Assembly: GCA_964412285.1 (NCBI GenBank)
Contig: CAYPOE010000001.1
Location: 1-31,078 of the forward strand
Origin: an uncultured Eubacteriales bacterium
Lineage (GTDB): Bacteria; Bacillota; Clostridia; Monoglobales; CAYZNM01
Direction of reading: 5' to 3'
Length of the DNA stretch: 31,078 bases
Below the pieces are notes generated by a model. The model was not told the origin of the DNA. It was given only the letters and a program-made list of their open reading frames with translations, and did no database searches. A program made the translations under genes and the position numbers. This document shows positions 18,133-27,244 of the stretch, piece by piece (the stretch's first letter is position 1; every line of letters starts with the position of its first letter).

Positions 18133-19776
18133 ATGAAAGCACTGTTCATGGGCAACGAAGCCATCGCGTTCGGCGCACTCGACTCCGGCGTGGCCGTGGT
18201 CACGGGATACCCCGGCACGCCGTCGAGCGAGATCCTCGACACGGTGGCCAAGCACAACGCCGAGGGGCGCGTCTACGTCGAGTGGTCGGTCAACGAGAAG
18301 GCCGCACTCGAAGTCGCGGCGGGCGCGGCGTACAGCGGCGCGCGTACGTTGGTCACGATGAAGCAGGTCGGACTCAACGTCGCATCCGACCCGCTGATGA
18401 GCCTCGCGTACGTCGGCGTCAAAGGCGGCATGGTCATCGTCGTGGCCGACGATCCCGGCCCCATCTCGTCGCAGACCGAGCAGGATACGCGCCACTGGGC
18501 GGCGTTCGCCAAGCTGCCCGTATTCGATCCGTCCACCGTGGAAGAAGCGTATTCTATCGTAGGAAAGGCGTTCGAGTACAGCGAACGCCACCGCACGCCC
18601 GTGCTGCTGCGTCCGACGACGCGCGTCTGCCACGGCTACGCGACCATGGAGCGCGCACCTGCGGCCAACGCGGTACCACCCGTGCGCGGCGACGGCTTCG
18701 TCAAAGACAGCAAGTGGGTCATCTTCCCGCGCCTCGCGTACTTGAGCCATCTCGAGATGGAGAAGCGCAACGTCGCGCTGTGCGACGAATTTTCCGACGA
18801 TCCACTCAATGTGCTGACCACCGTCGGCACGGCCGACAGCGCACAGTCGCGCATCGGCGTCGCGGTCGGCGGCGTAAGTTATGCCTATGCGATGGAAACC
18901 CTCGGCACCTTCGAGCGCGGCGTACAACTGCTCAAAGTCACCACGCCGCACCCGTTCCCCGAACGGTTGGCCGTAGACTTCCTCAAGGGCGTAGACGAAG
19001 TGCTCGTCGTCGAGGAACTCGATCCCGTGATCGAGCGACAACTCGTCTACCTCTGCGGCAAGCACAGGCTGAACGTCGCGATCAAGGGCAAACTCACGAA
19101 CGATATGCCCAACGCGGGAGAATATACCGTCGACGGCGTCAAGCGTGCGCTGTACGATTTCGCGGGTATCGCGTACGACGCGCCGCAACTGCCCGAGTCC
19201 ATCCCACTCGCGGTACGCCCGCCCGTACTCTGCAAAGGTTGCCCGCACCACGCGTCGTTCAGCGCGGTCAAGCAGGCGATGGAGGGCAAGTCTGCCGTAT
19301 TCTGCGGCGACATCGGCTGCTACACGCTCGGCAACGCGCATCCGCTCAACATGGTCGATACCTGCCTCTGTATGGGCGCGGGGATCACCGTCGCGCAGGG
19401 ATTACAGCGCACGAACGAGAATACCACGCACTTCGCGTTCATCGGCGACGGCACGTTCTTTCATTCGGGGATCACGGGCGTGATCAACGCGCTGTACAAC
19501 CACACGGATATTGTCGTCGTGATCCTCGACAACTCCACGACAGCCATGACCGGCGGTCAGCCGCACCCGGGTACGGGTCGCACGATGATGGGTGAGAGTA
19601 GTCCACGCATCAGCATCCGCAAGGTTCTGGAGGCCATCGGCGTGCCGCATATCGAAGTATGCAATCCGTATGACAAGTCGGCGGTCGACTGCGTCAAACG
19701 CATGGCAGAACTCGGCGGCGTACGCGCGATCCTCTTTGAAGCGCCGTGTGTGTCCATCAAGGGGGTGAAGGCATGA
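18133..19776 (+). CDS. iorA: Indolepyruvate:ferredoxin oxidoreductase alpha subunit, lacking the C-terminal ferredoxin domain
   Basis: MGNEAIA, GYPGTPSSE, EWSVNEK, MKQVGLNVASD, QTEQD, RPPVLCKGCPH, GDIGCY and TPP motif GDGTFFHSG..DNSTTAMTG. Start reset to ATG 18133 (547 aa). Confidence 0.92.
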   Translation: MKALFMGNEAIAFGALDSGVAVVTGYPGTPSSEILDTVAKHNAEGRVYVEWSVNEKAALEVAAGAAYSGARTLVTMKQVGLNVASDPLMSLAYVGVKGGMVIVVADDPGPISSQTEQDTRHWAAFAKLPVFDPSTVEEAYSIVGKAFEYSERHRTPVLLRPTTRVCHGYATMERAPAANAVPPVRGDGFVKDSKWVIFPRLAYLSHLEMEKRNVALCDEFSDDPLNVLTTVGTADSAQSRIGVAVGGVSYAYAMETLGTFERGVQLLKVTTPHPFPERLAVDFLKGVDEVLVVEELDPVIERQLVYLCGKHRLNVAIKGKLTNDMPNAGEYTVDGVKRALYDFAGIAYDAPQLPESIPLAVRPPVLCKGCPHHASFSAVKQAMEGKSAVFCGDIGCYTLGNAHPLNMVDTCLCMGAGITVAQGLQRTNENTTHFAFIGDGTFFHSGITGVINALYNHTDIVVVILDNSTTAMTGGQPHPGTGRTMMGESSPRISIRKVLEAIGVPHIEVCNPYDKSAVDCVKRMAELGGVRAILFEAPCVSIKGVKA

Positions 19777-20342
19777 GCTGCACGAACTTTAACTGCATTA
19801 TCGCAGGCGTAGGCGGTCAAGGCACGGTACTTGCGTCGCGGCTGATTTCGGCGGCGGCGACCGCGCGCGGGATGCACGTCGTGAGTGCAGAGACCATCGG
19901 TATGGCACAGCGCGGCGGCTCGGTACTCAGCCACATCCGCATCGGAGATGGTGCATACGCGCCGCTCATCGGCGAAGGTACCGCCGATCTGCTCATCGCG
20001 TTCGAGCCGTGCGAGGGTGCGCGCGCGCTGCGGTATCTCAAGCGCGGCGGCGTCGCGATTGTATGCGCCGATCCCGTCGCACCCGCGAGTGGCGCGTACG
20101 ACGTTGCGCCGATCCTCGACTACATCGCGGCGTATGCCGATACGCGCGTGATCGAGCCGTCGGCGATTTATAAAGAGTGCGGTTCACGGCGCGTACTCAA
20201 CGTCGCACTGCTCGGCGCGGCACTCGCCGCAGGTGTGCTGCCCGTAACCGCAGACGAGGTCGCCGATGCACTCGGCGGCATCTTTACAGACGATAAATTA
20301 GAGATGAACTTGAAGGCGCTGCGCCTTGGAGGTATGATATGA
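19773..20342 (+). CDS. iorB: Indolepyruvate:ferredoxin oxidoreductase beta subunit
   Basis: AGVGGQG, AETIGMAQRGGSV and EPCE motifs; ATGA overlap with the iorA stop. Confidence 0.92.
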   Translation: MSCTNFNCIIAGVGGQGTVLASRLISAAATARGMHVVSAETIGMAQRGGSVLSHIRIGDGAYAPLIGEGTADLLIAFEPCEGARALRYLKRGGVAIVCADPVAPASGAYDVAPILDYIAAYADTRVIEPSAIYKECGSRRVLNVALLGAALAAGVLPVTADEVADALGGIFTDDKLEMNLKALRLGGMI

Positions 20343-21544
20343 TTGAGAAATTGAAGCAAGCCATCGACTACGCGATGCGGGGGTGGTTCTATCAGAAGCG
20401 GTTCGCGAACATCGGCCCGATCCACAGCATGGACGACTTCGCGGCACTGCCGTTCACAGATAAAGATGATCTGCGCGACGCGTATCCGCTGGGACTGTCC
20501 GCCGTCGACGAGCGCGACGTCGTGCGCATCCATTCGTCGTCGGGTACGACGGGTACGCCCGTCATCATACCCTACACGCAGCGCGACGTCGACGACTGGG
20601 CGATCATGTTCAAGCGATGCTACGAGTTCGCAGGACTCACGCCGCTCGATCGCGTCCACGTCACGCCGGGCTACGGCTTGTGGACGGCGGGCATCGGCTT
20701 CCAGAACGGCGCGGAACTGCTCGGCTGCATGGTCATACCCATGGGGCCGGGGAATACCGATAAGCAACTCAAGATGATGATGGACTTGAAGTCGACCGTG
20801 CTCTGCGCGACGTCGTCGTACGCACTGCTGCTCACCGAAGAGATCACCAAACGCCGCATCAAGGACAAGATTCATCTAACCAAGGGCATCATCGGTTCGG
20901 AGCGTTGGGGCGAGAAGATGCGCAAACGCATCGCGGGTGAACTCGGCGTGCAGCTCTACGACATCTACGGGCTGACCGAGGTGTACGGCCCGGGCATCGG
21001 CATCAGCTGCGAACACGAGTGCGGGATGCACTACTGGGACGACTACCTGTACTTCGAGATCATCAATCCCAAGACGGGGCAGCTCGTACCCGAGGGCGAG
21101 ATCGGCGAACTCGTGATCACGACGCTGCGCAAAGAGGCCGCGCCGCTGATCCGCTATCGCACGCACGACCTCACGCGGTTCATCCCGGGCGGCTGTGCGT
21201 GCGGGCGCAGGTATCCGCGCATCGACACCATCATCGGGCGTTCGGATGATATGGTCAAGGTTAAGGGTGTGATGATCTACCCGAGCCGTGTCGATGAAGT
21301 GCTGTCCAAGATCGACGGCGTGTCGAGTGAGTATCAGGTCATGATCGACCACCTCGAGGGCAAGGACGTGATGACGATCTTCTTCGAGACCGAGCATCTC
21401 GAACGCAAGGCCGCGCTGCAGGACGAGGTCAAGCACGCAGTCAAGCAGTCGTTGGGACTCACCATCGTACCTAAGGCCGTCGACGTCGGCGAACTCCCGC
21501 GCAGCGAGAAAAAGACCACGCGCGTATTTGATAATCGATATTAA
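20339..21544 (+). CDS. paaK: Phenylacetate--CoA ligase family (aryl-acetate-CoA ligase)
   Basis: LPFTDKDDLRD, HSSSGTTG, YGLWTAG, DIYGLTE, PLIRYRT and GRSDDM motifs. Substrate is not determinable from sequence. Confidence 0.88.
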   Translation: MIEKLKQAIDYAMRGWFYQKRFANIGPIHSMDDFAALPFTDKDDLRDAYPLGLSAVDERDVVRIHSSSGTTGTPVIIPYTQRDVDDWAIMFKRCYEFAGLTPLDRVHVTPGYGLWTAGIGFQNGAELLGCMVIPMGPGNTDKQLKMMMDLKSTVLCATSSYALLLTEEITKRRIKDKIHLTKGIIGSERWGEKMRKRIAGELGVQLYDIYGLTEVYGPGIGISCEHECGMHYWDDYLYFEIINPKTGQLVPEGEIGELVITTLRKEAAPLIRYRTHDLTRFIPGGCACGRRYPRIDTIIGRSDDMVKVKGVMIYPSRVDEVLSKIDGVSSEYQVMIDHLEGKDVMTIFFETEHLERKAALQDEVKHAVKQSLGLTIVPKAVDVGELPRSEKKTTRVFDNRY

Positions 21545-21563
21545 AAACCAAAATCCAAAACCC

Positions 21564-21598
21564 GTAAAGCACAATCAAATGTTCTGGTTGTGCTTTAC
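21564..21598 (+). terminator. Terminator-like hairpin after paaK
   Basis: GTAAAGCACAATCA / TGGTTGTGCTTTAC, 14-bp stem with one G-U pair; AT-rich but not poly-T tail. Confidence 0.6.
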
Positions 21599-21638
21599 AT
21601 AATTACATAGACTTTACGAATAATATACACATAGAATA

Positions 21639-21668
21639 TTGCATGGTATAATTAGATATGGTATAATT
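21639..21668 (+). promoter_or_regulatory. Tandem extended -10 promoters for ppx-ppk1
   Basis: ATGGTATAATT occurs twice (21643-21653 and 21658-21668). TTGCAT (21639-21644) lies 17 nt before the second TATAAT. Confidence 0.7.
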
Positions 21669-21693
21669 CATCAGATCACATCATGGAGATACA

Positions 21694-22608
21694 ATGGTTT
21701 ACGCGATCATAGATATGGGTTCCAACAGCGTGCGCCTCTGCGCGTACAAGGCTGAAAACGGACGCGTCACGCGGCTGTTCAACGAAAAAGAAATGGCCGG
21801 ACTTGCAGGCTACGTCGAGAACAACGCGCTGTCGCAAAAGGGGATGCTGCGCGCGGTCGATGCGCTCGACAGCTTCGCGCACATCCTGCGCGGGCTCGAC
21901 ATCCACAACGTGCGCGTGTTCGCGACGGCGTCGCTGCGCAACGTTGCCAATACCGACGAGGCACTCGCGTTCATCAAGGAGCGCACAGGGTTCGACATTC
22001 ACGTCATCACGGGCGAGGAAGAGGGTGCGCTCGACTTTTTGGGCGCGACCAAACTGCTCGGTCTGACGGACGGGTTGCTCGTCGACATCGGTGGCGGCTC
22101 GACCGAACTCGTCGCCTACGCCGATCAGCACATCGTCAAATCCGTGAGCATCCCCATCGGCAGTCTGAATCTGTACACACGCAACGTGTCCGACATCCTG
22201 CCTACGAAAGAGGAGCGCAAGAACATCAAGGCGACGGTCAAGTCGTTGCTCGACGGCGTACACATGCCGTCGGACGAGTACCCGATCATTGCAGGCGTGG
22301 GCGGTACGATTCGCGGGGCGCGGCGCATCTACAACGACCTGCACGCCGCCGACGATGTGTCCAGCGGCATGGATGCCGCCGCGCTGCGTACAATGTCCAA
22401 GGCGCTCTACGACGGCGGACGCGATGCGCGCAGTACGCTGCTGCGTCTGGTGCCCGAGCGCATCCACACGCAACTGCCCGGACTCATCGTGCTGAATACG
22501 ATCATCAAGCGCTTCCATACTGATTCAGTGATTGTCAGCGACTACGGCGTGCGCGAGGGGTATTTGTTTAAGTATGTACTAAATGAATTTACAGTCCAGA
22601 GGCCATAG
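21694..22608 (+). CDS. ppx: Ppx/GppA family exopolyphosphatase (short form)
   Basis: IDMGSNSVRL, ATASLR, EEEG, DIGGGSTE, GVGGT and GVREG motifs. Confidence 0.9.
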   Translation: MVYAIIDMGSNSVRLCAYKAENGRVTRLFNEKEMAGLAGYVENNALSQKGMLRAVDALDSFAHILRGLDIHNVRVFATASLRNVANTDEALAFIKERTGFDIHVITGEEEGALDFLGATKLLGLTDGLLVDIGGGSTELVAYADQHIVKSVSIPIGSLNLYTRNVSDILPTKEERKNIKATVKSLLDGVHMPSDEYPIIAGVGGTIRGARRIYNDLHAADDVSSGMDAAALRTMSKALYDGGRDARSTLLRLVPERIHTQLPGLIVLNTIIKRFHTDSVIVSDYGVREGYLFKYVLNEFTVQRP

Positions 22609-22625
22609 GTCTTGTCTTACAAAAG

Positions 22626-24704
22626 ATGCATATGACGTATGATTATAGTTTTACACAGAACCGCGAGTTGTCGTGGCTGAGTTTCAACGAACGCGTACTC
22701 GACGAGGCGTGCGACGGCCATGTGCCACCCGTGGAGCGGTGGCGGTTCATGGGGATCGCGGCCGCCAACCTCGACGAGTTCTTCATGATCCGCGTGGGCA
22801 GCCTGTACGGGCTGCGCGAGATGGACGCATATTATACCGACAACAAGTCGGGTCTGACCGTGGGACAGCAGCTCGGCGCCATCCTCGCGCGGACGCGGCT
22901 GTTTGTCATGCGGTACGACAAAGCATTGCAGGAGATAGAGGGGGCGCTGTGCGCGCACGGCGTCGAGCGCGTCGAGCCGTGGGAACTCGGCAAAGCCGAG
23001 ACGCGGTACGTCGACAACTACTTCAAGGTGTACATAGCGCCGATCCTGTCGCCGCAGATCGTCGACAAGAGCCACCCGTTCATTCACATGCAGAATGGCG
23101 CGGCGTACGTCGTATCGGCACTCGCCGACAAAGAGAAGCATAAGCTCATGGGTATCACGCCGATCCCCGCGTCGCTGCCGTCGTTCATACAGCTGCCGGG
23201 CAAGGGTACGCGGTACGTGCTGACCGAGTCCGTCGTGCTGCACAAGATCGAACAGCTCTACAAGCACTTCGATGTGCAGTGCAAGGCTTGCGTCATGGTG
23301 ATACGCAACGCCGACATCAACCTCGACGACGAGGCGTTCGACGTCGACGGGGACTATCACGCGTTGGCTGCACGGATCAAGAAGAAGCGCGACAGGCTGC
23401 AACCCGTACGCGTCGACATACGCGGCGAGATCAACAAGTGGCTGATGGGTACGTTGGTCAAACGGCTGCGCATTGGCGATGAGTATTGCTTCAACACGCC
23501 GTCGCCGCTCGGCAAGAAGTACATCGGCGATGTGATCGCGCACTTGTCGCCGCACGTGCGTGCAGAGTTGTCCCATCAGCCTTACGAAGGTACGCATCCC
23601 GACGGGTTGAAGCGCGGCGATAGCGTACTCGAGCGTGTGCAGCGTGGAGATCTGCTGCTGCATTATCCCTACGAGTCGATGGAGCCGTTCATTCATCTGC
23701 TGCGCGAGTGCGCGTACGACGGCGATACGCTGTCGATTCGCATCTGTATCTACCGCCTGTCGGTGACGTCGCGCATCGTCGAACTGCTCTGCACGGCGGC
23801 TGAAAACGGCGTCGACGTACTCGTCGTACTCGAACTCAAGGCGCGGTTCGACGAGACCAACAACATACGCTGGGCAGAGCGGCTGCAAGAGGCGGGTTGC
23901 CGCGTGATCTACGGCATCGAGCATTATAAAATACATGCGAAGCTCTGCCTGATCACGCGCCGCACGCCGAATGGCGTGAGCCACGTCACGCACATCGGCA
24001 CAGGCAACTACAATGAGCGCACGGCGAAGCTCTACACCGACCTGTCGCTGATCACGGCCGATCCCGTGATCGGTGGCGACGCACACGACTGCTTCACCGA
24101 TATGCTGCAAGGCAATCTGTGCGGCGAGTATAAGGCATTGCTCGCCGCGCCGCACACGTTGGGCACGGGCATCGCGCGGCTCATTGACGAGCAAATCGCG
24201 CGCGCCGAGGGCGGTCTGCCCGCGCGGATCGTGTTCAAGCTCAACTCGATCACCGAGCGCGGCGTCATCGATAAGTTGAGCGAGGCGAGCTGTGCGGGCG
24301 TAGAGATCCTGTTGATTGTGCGCGGGATCTGCTGCATCCTGCCTGGGATCCCGGGGCGCACCGACAACATTCGCGTGATCAGCGTGGTGGGACGCTTCCT
24401 CGAACATTCGCGCGTCTACTGCTTTGGCATGGGCGACGACGCGCAGGTCTACATCGCGTCGGCCGATCTCATGACGCGCAACCTCGAGCGCCGCATCGAA
24501 CTCGCGTGTCCGATTCGCGACAACCGCATCAAGCGGCGGATCCTATCGCTGCTTGAGGACTACACGCGCGATAACGTCAAGGCGCGTCTGCTGCGCGGCG
24601 ACGGCACGTACGGGCGTGTGGATGAGGATGCAGAGGGGGATGCGTTTGATGTGCAGGCGGAACTCATGAAGCAGTCCCAATCTTACAACGCGCCCAATAC
24701 CTGA
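22626..24704 (+). CDS. ppk1: Polyphosphate kinase 1
   Basis: NRELSWLSFNERVL, NLDEFF, ELKARFDE, KIHAK, GTGNYN, RFLEHSR and SADLMTRNL motifs. Confidence 0.95.
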   Translation: MHMTYDYSFTQNRELSWLSFNERVLDEACDGHVPPVERWRFMGIAAANLDEFFMIRVGSLYGLREMDAYYTDNKSGLTVGQQLGAILARTRLFVMRYDKALQEIEGALCAHGVERVEPWELGKAETRYVDNYFKVYIAPILSPQIVDKSHPFIHMQNGAAYVVSALADKEKHKLMGITPIPASLPSFIQLPGKGTRYVLTESVVLHKIEQLYKHFDVQCKACVMVIRNADINLDDEAFDVDGDYHALAARIKKKRDRLQPVRVDIRGEINKWLMGTLVKRLRIGDEYCFNTPSPLGKKYIGDVIAHLSPHVRAELSHQPYEGTHPDGLKRGDSVLERVQRGDLLLHYPYESMEPFIHLLRECAYDGDTLSIRICIYRLSVTSRIVELLCTAAENGVDVLVVLELKARFDETNNIRWAERLQEAGCRVIYGIEHYKIHAKLCLITRRTPNGVSHVTHIGTGNYNERTAKLYTDLSLITADPVIGGDAHDCFTDMLQGNLCGEYKALLAAPHTLGTGIARLIDEQIARAEGGLPARIVFKLNSITERGVIDKLSEASCAGVEILLIVRGICCILPGIPGRTDNIRVISVVGRFLEHSRVYCFGMGDDAQVYIASADLMTRNLERRIELACPIRDNRIKRRILSLLEDYTRDNVKARLLRGDGTYGRVDEDAEGDAFDVQAELMKQSQSYNAPNT

Positions 24705-25390
24705 CCGATCGGTTCGCGGATCACGAGGTTGGCGCGGCCGTCGAACGGCGTCTCGCCTTTGTTGATGAGTACGAGCGCGTCGCCGTGGAAGTAGTGGATG
24801 AGTCCGGCGGCGGGGTGTACGACGAGCGACGTACCGCCCACGATGAGGGTATCGGCGGTCTCGAGCGCGCGGATCGCATTGAACACCGTATCGTCGTCGA
24901 GGGTTTCGCCGTAGAGTACGACGTCGGGCTTGAGGATGCCGCCGCACGTGCAGCGCGGCACGTCGGACTCCGACTGCGCGCGCATGTAGTCGGCGTCGTA
25001 CGCCGCGCCGCAAACCATACAGTGGTTGCGGTGGATGCTGCCGTGCAGCTCATAGACGGTCTGGCTGCCCGCCGCCGTATGCAGCCCGTCGATGTTCTGT
25101 GTGATGACGGCGGTCAGGATGCCGCGCTGTTCCCATTCGGCGAGCTTGTAGTGCGCGGGATTGGGCTGCGCGTCGACGCATAAGATTTTTTCGCGGTAGA
25201 ACTGATAGAACGCTTCGGTGTTGCAGAGAAAGAAGTTGTGCGACAGGATGGTCTCGGACGGATACTCGTACCGTTGGTTGTAGAGTCCGTCGGTGCTGCG
25301 GAAGTCGGGGATGCCGCTTTCTGTCGATACGCCCGCGCCGCCGAAGAATACGATGCGGCGGCTGTTGGCAATGATGTCGGGTAGGGTCAT
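24683..25390 (-). CDS. cobB: SIR2-family NAD-dependent protein deacylase
   Basis: GGAGVSTESGIPDFRS, TQNIDGLH, HG, CxxC..CxC zinc site, KPDVVLYGE, GTSL and INK motifs. Start reset to ATG 25390 behind GGAGGA; 3' end overlaps ppk1 by 22 nt. Confidence 0.92.
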   Translation of the reverse strand: MTLPDIIANSRRIVFFGGAGVSTESGIPDFRSTDGLYNQRYEYPSETILSHNFFLCNTEAFYQFYREKILCVDAQPNPAHYKLAEWEQRGILTAVITQNIDGLHTAAGSQTVYELHGSIHRNHCMVCGAAYDADYMRAQSESDVPRCTCGGILKPDVVLYGETLDDDTVFNAIRALETADTLIVGGTSLVVHPAAGLIHYFHGDALVLINKGETPFDGRANLVIREPIGQVLGAL

Positions 25391-26274
25391 GATGGTTCCT
25401 CCGTCTGCCACCACAGGTAGTTGTTCTCGATCCACATGCGCATGTCGCCGCGGTCGCACAGGTACGACAGGTACGATCGCACCGTGAAGCCTACGAGCGC
25501 ACACTGGTTCATGTCCATCGAGAGTCCGTAGTGCGCGAATACATTATGCAGTATATCCTCAAATCGTATTTTTTCTTTGCAGATACGCAGCAATATGTCT
25601 ACGATTTCGTATACTTTGTCGCGATTGACTGCGATGAGTTCGGACAGATCCGACACAGGATCGGCGTGCGACGGCACGAACAACTTGCCCTCGAGCGCAC
25701 CCAACTGCGTCAGCATATCGAGGTAGCCCGCCACATCGTAGAGGAACGCAATGTGGTACTTCTCCATCGTCGCGACGCTCATGACGCTATCCGACACGAA
25801 CCACACGTCGTCGTCGGTACGCACGCCGATCATGTCGTAGGCGTGCCCATACAGCGGCATAAACGTCAGACCCTGCGGCAATACGTCGGCCGTCAGCGGT
25901 CGAACGTCGGCGGGTTGCGGCAGCAGAAACTTGTTGCGCATAGCCTTGGCCGGATACCCGCCGAAGATCGTCGTGGGATTCAGCAGCGGGTGTCGCGCGT
26001 AGACCGTGCCGCCGTCGAGCGCGTAGACCGCGCAACCCGTGCGCTGTTGGAGCAGCGCGTTGCCGCCGATGTGGTCGGCGTGGGTGTGGGTGTCGATGAC
26101 AAGCGACAGCGAAAAACCCTGTGCGTCGAGCACGCGCAGGATGCGTTTGGCCGCGTCGGGCGAGTTGCCGCTGTCGATGAGTGCGACGCGCGTATCGTCG
26201 ATGCGATAGATGCCGATGCGGACGGGTGCGTCGATGTAGTAGGTGCGTGGGGCGAGTTGGACGAGGTCGTACAT
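25387..26274 (-). CDS. Metallo-beta-lactamase-fold hydrolase
   Basis: THTHADH (HxHxDH), GH, SD and PSH metal ligands; SD GGAGG. Confidence 0.88.
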   Translation of the reverse strand: MYDLVQLAPRTYYIDAPVRIGIYRIDDTRVALIDSGNSPDAAKRILRVLDAQGFSLSLVIDTHTHADHIGGNALLQQRTGCAVYALDGGTVYARHPLLNPTTIFGGYPAKAMRNKFLLPQPADVRPLTADVLPQGLTFMPLYGHAYDMIGVRTDDDVWFVSDSVMSVATMEKYHIAFLYDVAGYLDMLTQLGALEGKLFVPSHADPVSDLSELIAVNRDKVYEIVDILLRICKEKIRFEDILHNVFAHYGLSMDMNQCALVGFTVRSYLSYLCDRGDMRMWIENNYLWWQTEEPS

Positions 26275-26297
26275 AGCAGTTTGCCTCCATATATGTA

Positions 26298-26325
26298 AAG
26301 CATAGGGGTGCGTACCCCTATGCTT
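26298..26325. terminator. Perfect hairpin between the hypothetical gene and the MBL gene
   Basis: AAGCATAGGGGT-GCGT-ACCCCTATGCTT, 12-bp stem; followed by TAC on the minus strand, so the U-tail is short. Confidence 0.6.
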
Positions 26326-26350
26326 ATCGATCGCGCTACTTGCGCGTTGC

Positions 26351-27244
26351 TTATTTCCAATTCTGGTTAAATCCCTTGAAGCTGTCGCCCAAGCCTCGAA
26401 GGCTCTCCGTCACTTGGCGACGAATGGTCTCGCCGATGCTGTCGCCATCAGGAGCGCTACCACCGTTCTCGGACACGGTAGTGTGTCCCCCGGATAGGCC
26501 CATCATGGACACGATCATGTCGAGGCAGCGCTGCTGCACATCCCCGTTGTGCGTGGAATGGATGATGCTACGCAGGAACTCGAGCTTATCCTTATCGGAG
26601 ATGTTGCCACCGGGTTGCTTGCCCTTGAGGTCGTTGTACATCTGGCGCAACAACTCCATGACTTCGCGGTTGCTCTCGAGTTTCTTCTCAACCATGTACC
26701 GAATGGTGTCAGAGCGACTGCGGTTTGAACCATCTGAGGACACGGGCATGTTAGCGACGGCCTCCAAACCTGCGGAAATGATGGCGTTGCTCTGTTCGAC
26801 CAATGCGTCAATGCGCGCCAGAATGGCTTCGGCCGTATACTGCGTCGGCTGCGGTTGCGGTGCAACCGGCGGCTGTGGCGGCAGCGGAGGTTCGGGCGCC
26901 ATGGGCGCGTCTGCCCCTATCGTAGGCTGCGGTTGCGGCACGTAGACCGTGTTGTCGTTGGCGGCTACAGACTTGAATACAACGGTGTCGTCGGTGTCGA
27001 TCTCGTGCGTGTTGCTATCGGCGTTGCTGTCGATATTGCTGTTAAAGTTGCTATTATACAGGTCGTTCATGGTATCCTCCGGAATGTCCGGCGGACTATG
27101 ATATGTTCCTGTCGCGATCAGACAGATGGCGTCCTCTCCGACAGGATGTGCCCTGCCGGACTTTATAAGACCCCGCGCCCTGCGGGGATAAGTGCTGTGT
27201 AAGAGCACGCCCCGCTCATCTAAGACTCGTACGTTTTTTTCGAT
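26351..27244 (-). CDS. Hypothetical protein with an RRXRR-like N-terminal motif, Pro/Gln-rich linker and helical C-terminus; probable ATC start
   Basis: The frame stays open 12 codons upstream of GTG 27208 to an ATC at 27244, 5 nt behind GGGGGAGG; an in-frame TAG at 27257-27259 bounds it. Internal ATG 27070 has its own GGAGGA SD. Confidence 0.6.
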   Translation of the reverse strand: MEKNVRVLDERGVLLHSTYPRRARGLIKSGRAHPVGEDAICLIATGTYHSPPDIPEDTMNDLYNSNFNSNIDSNADSNTHEIDTDDTVVFKSVAANDNTVYVPQPQPTIGADAPMAPEPPLPPQPPVAPQPQPTQYTAEAILARIDALVEQSNAIISAGLEAVANMPVSSDGSNRSRSDTIRYMVEKKLESNREVMELLRQMYNDLKGKQPGGNISDKDKLEFLRSIIHSTHNGDVQQRCLDMIVSMMGLSGGHTTVSENGGSAPDGDSIGETIRRQVTESLRGLGDSFKGFNQNWK

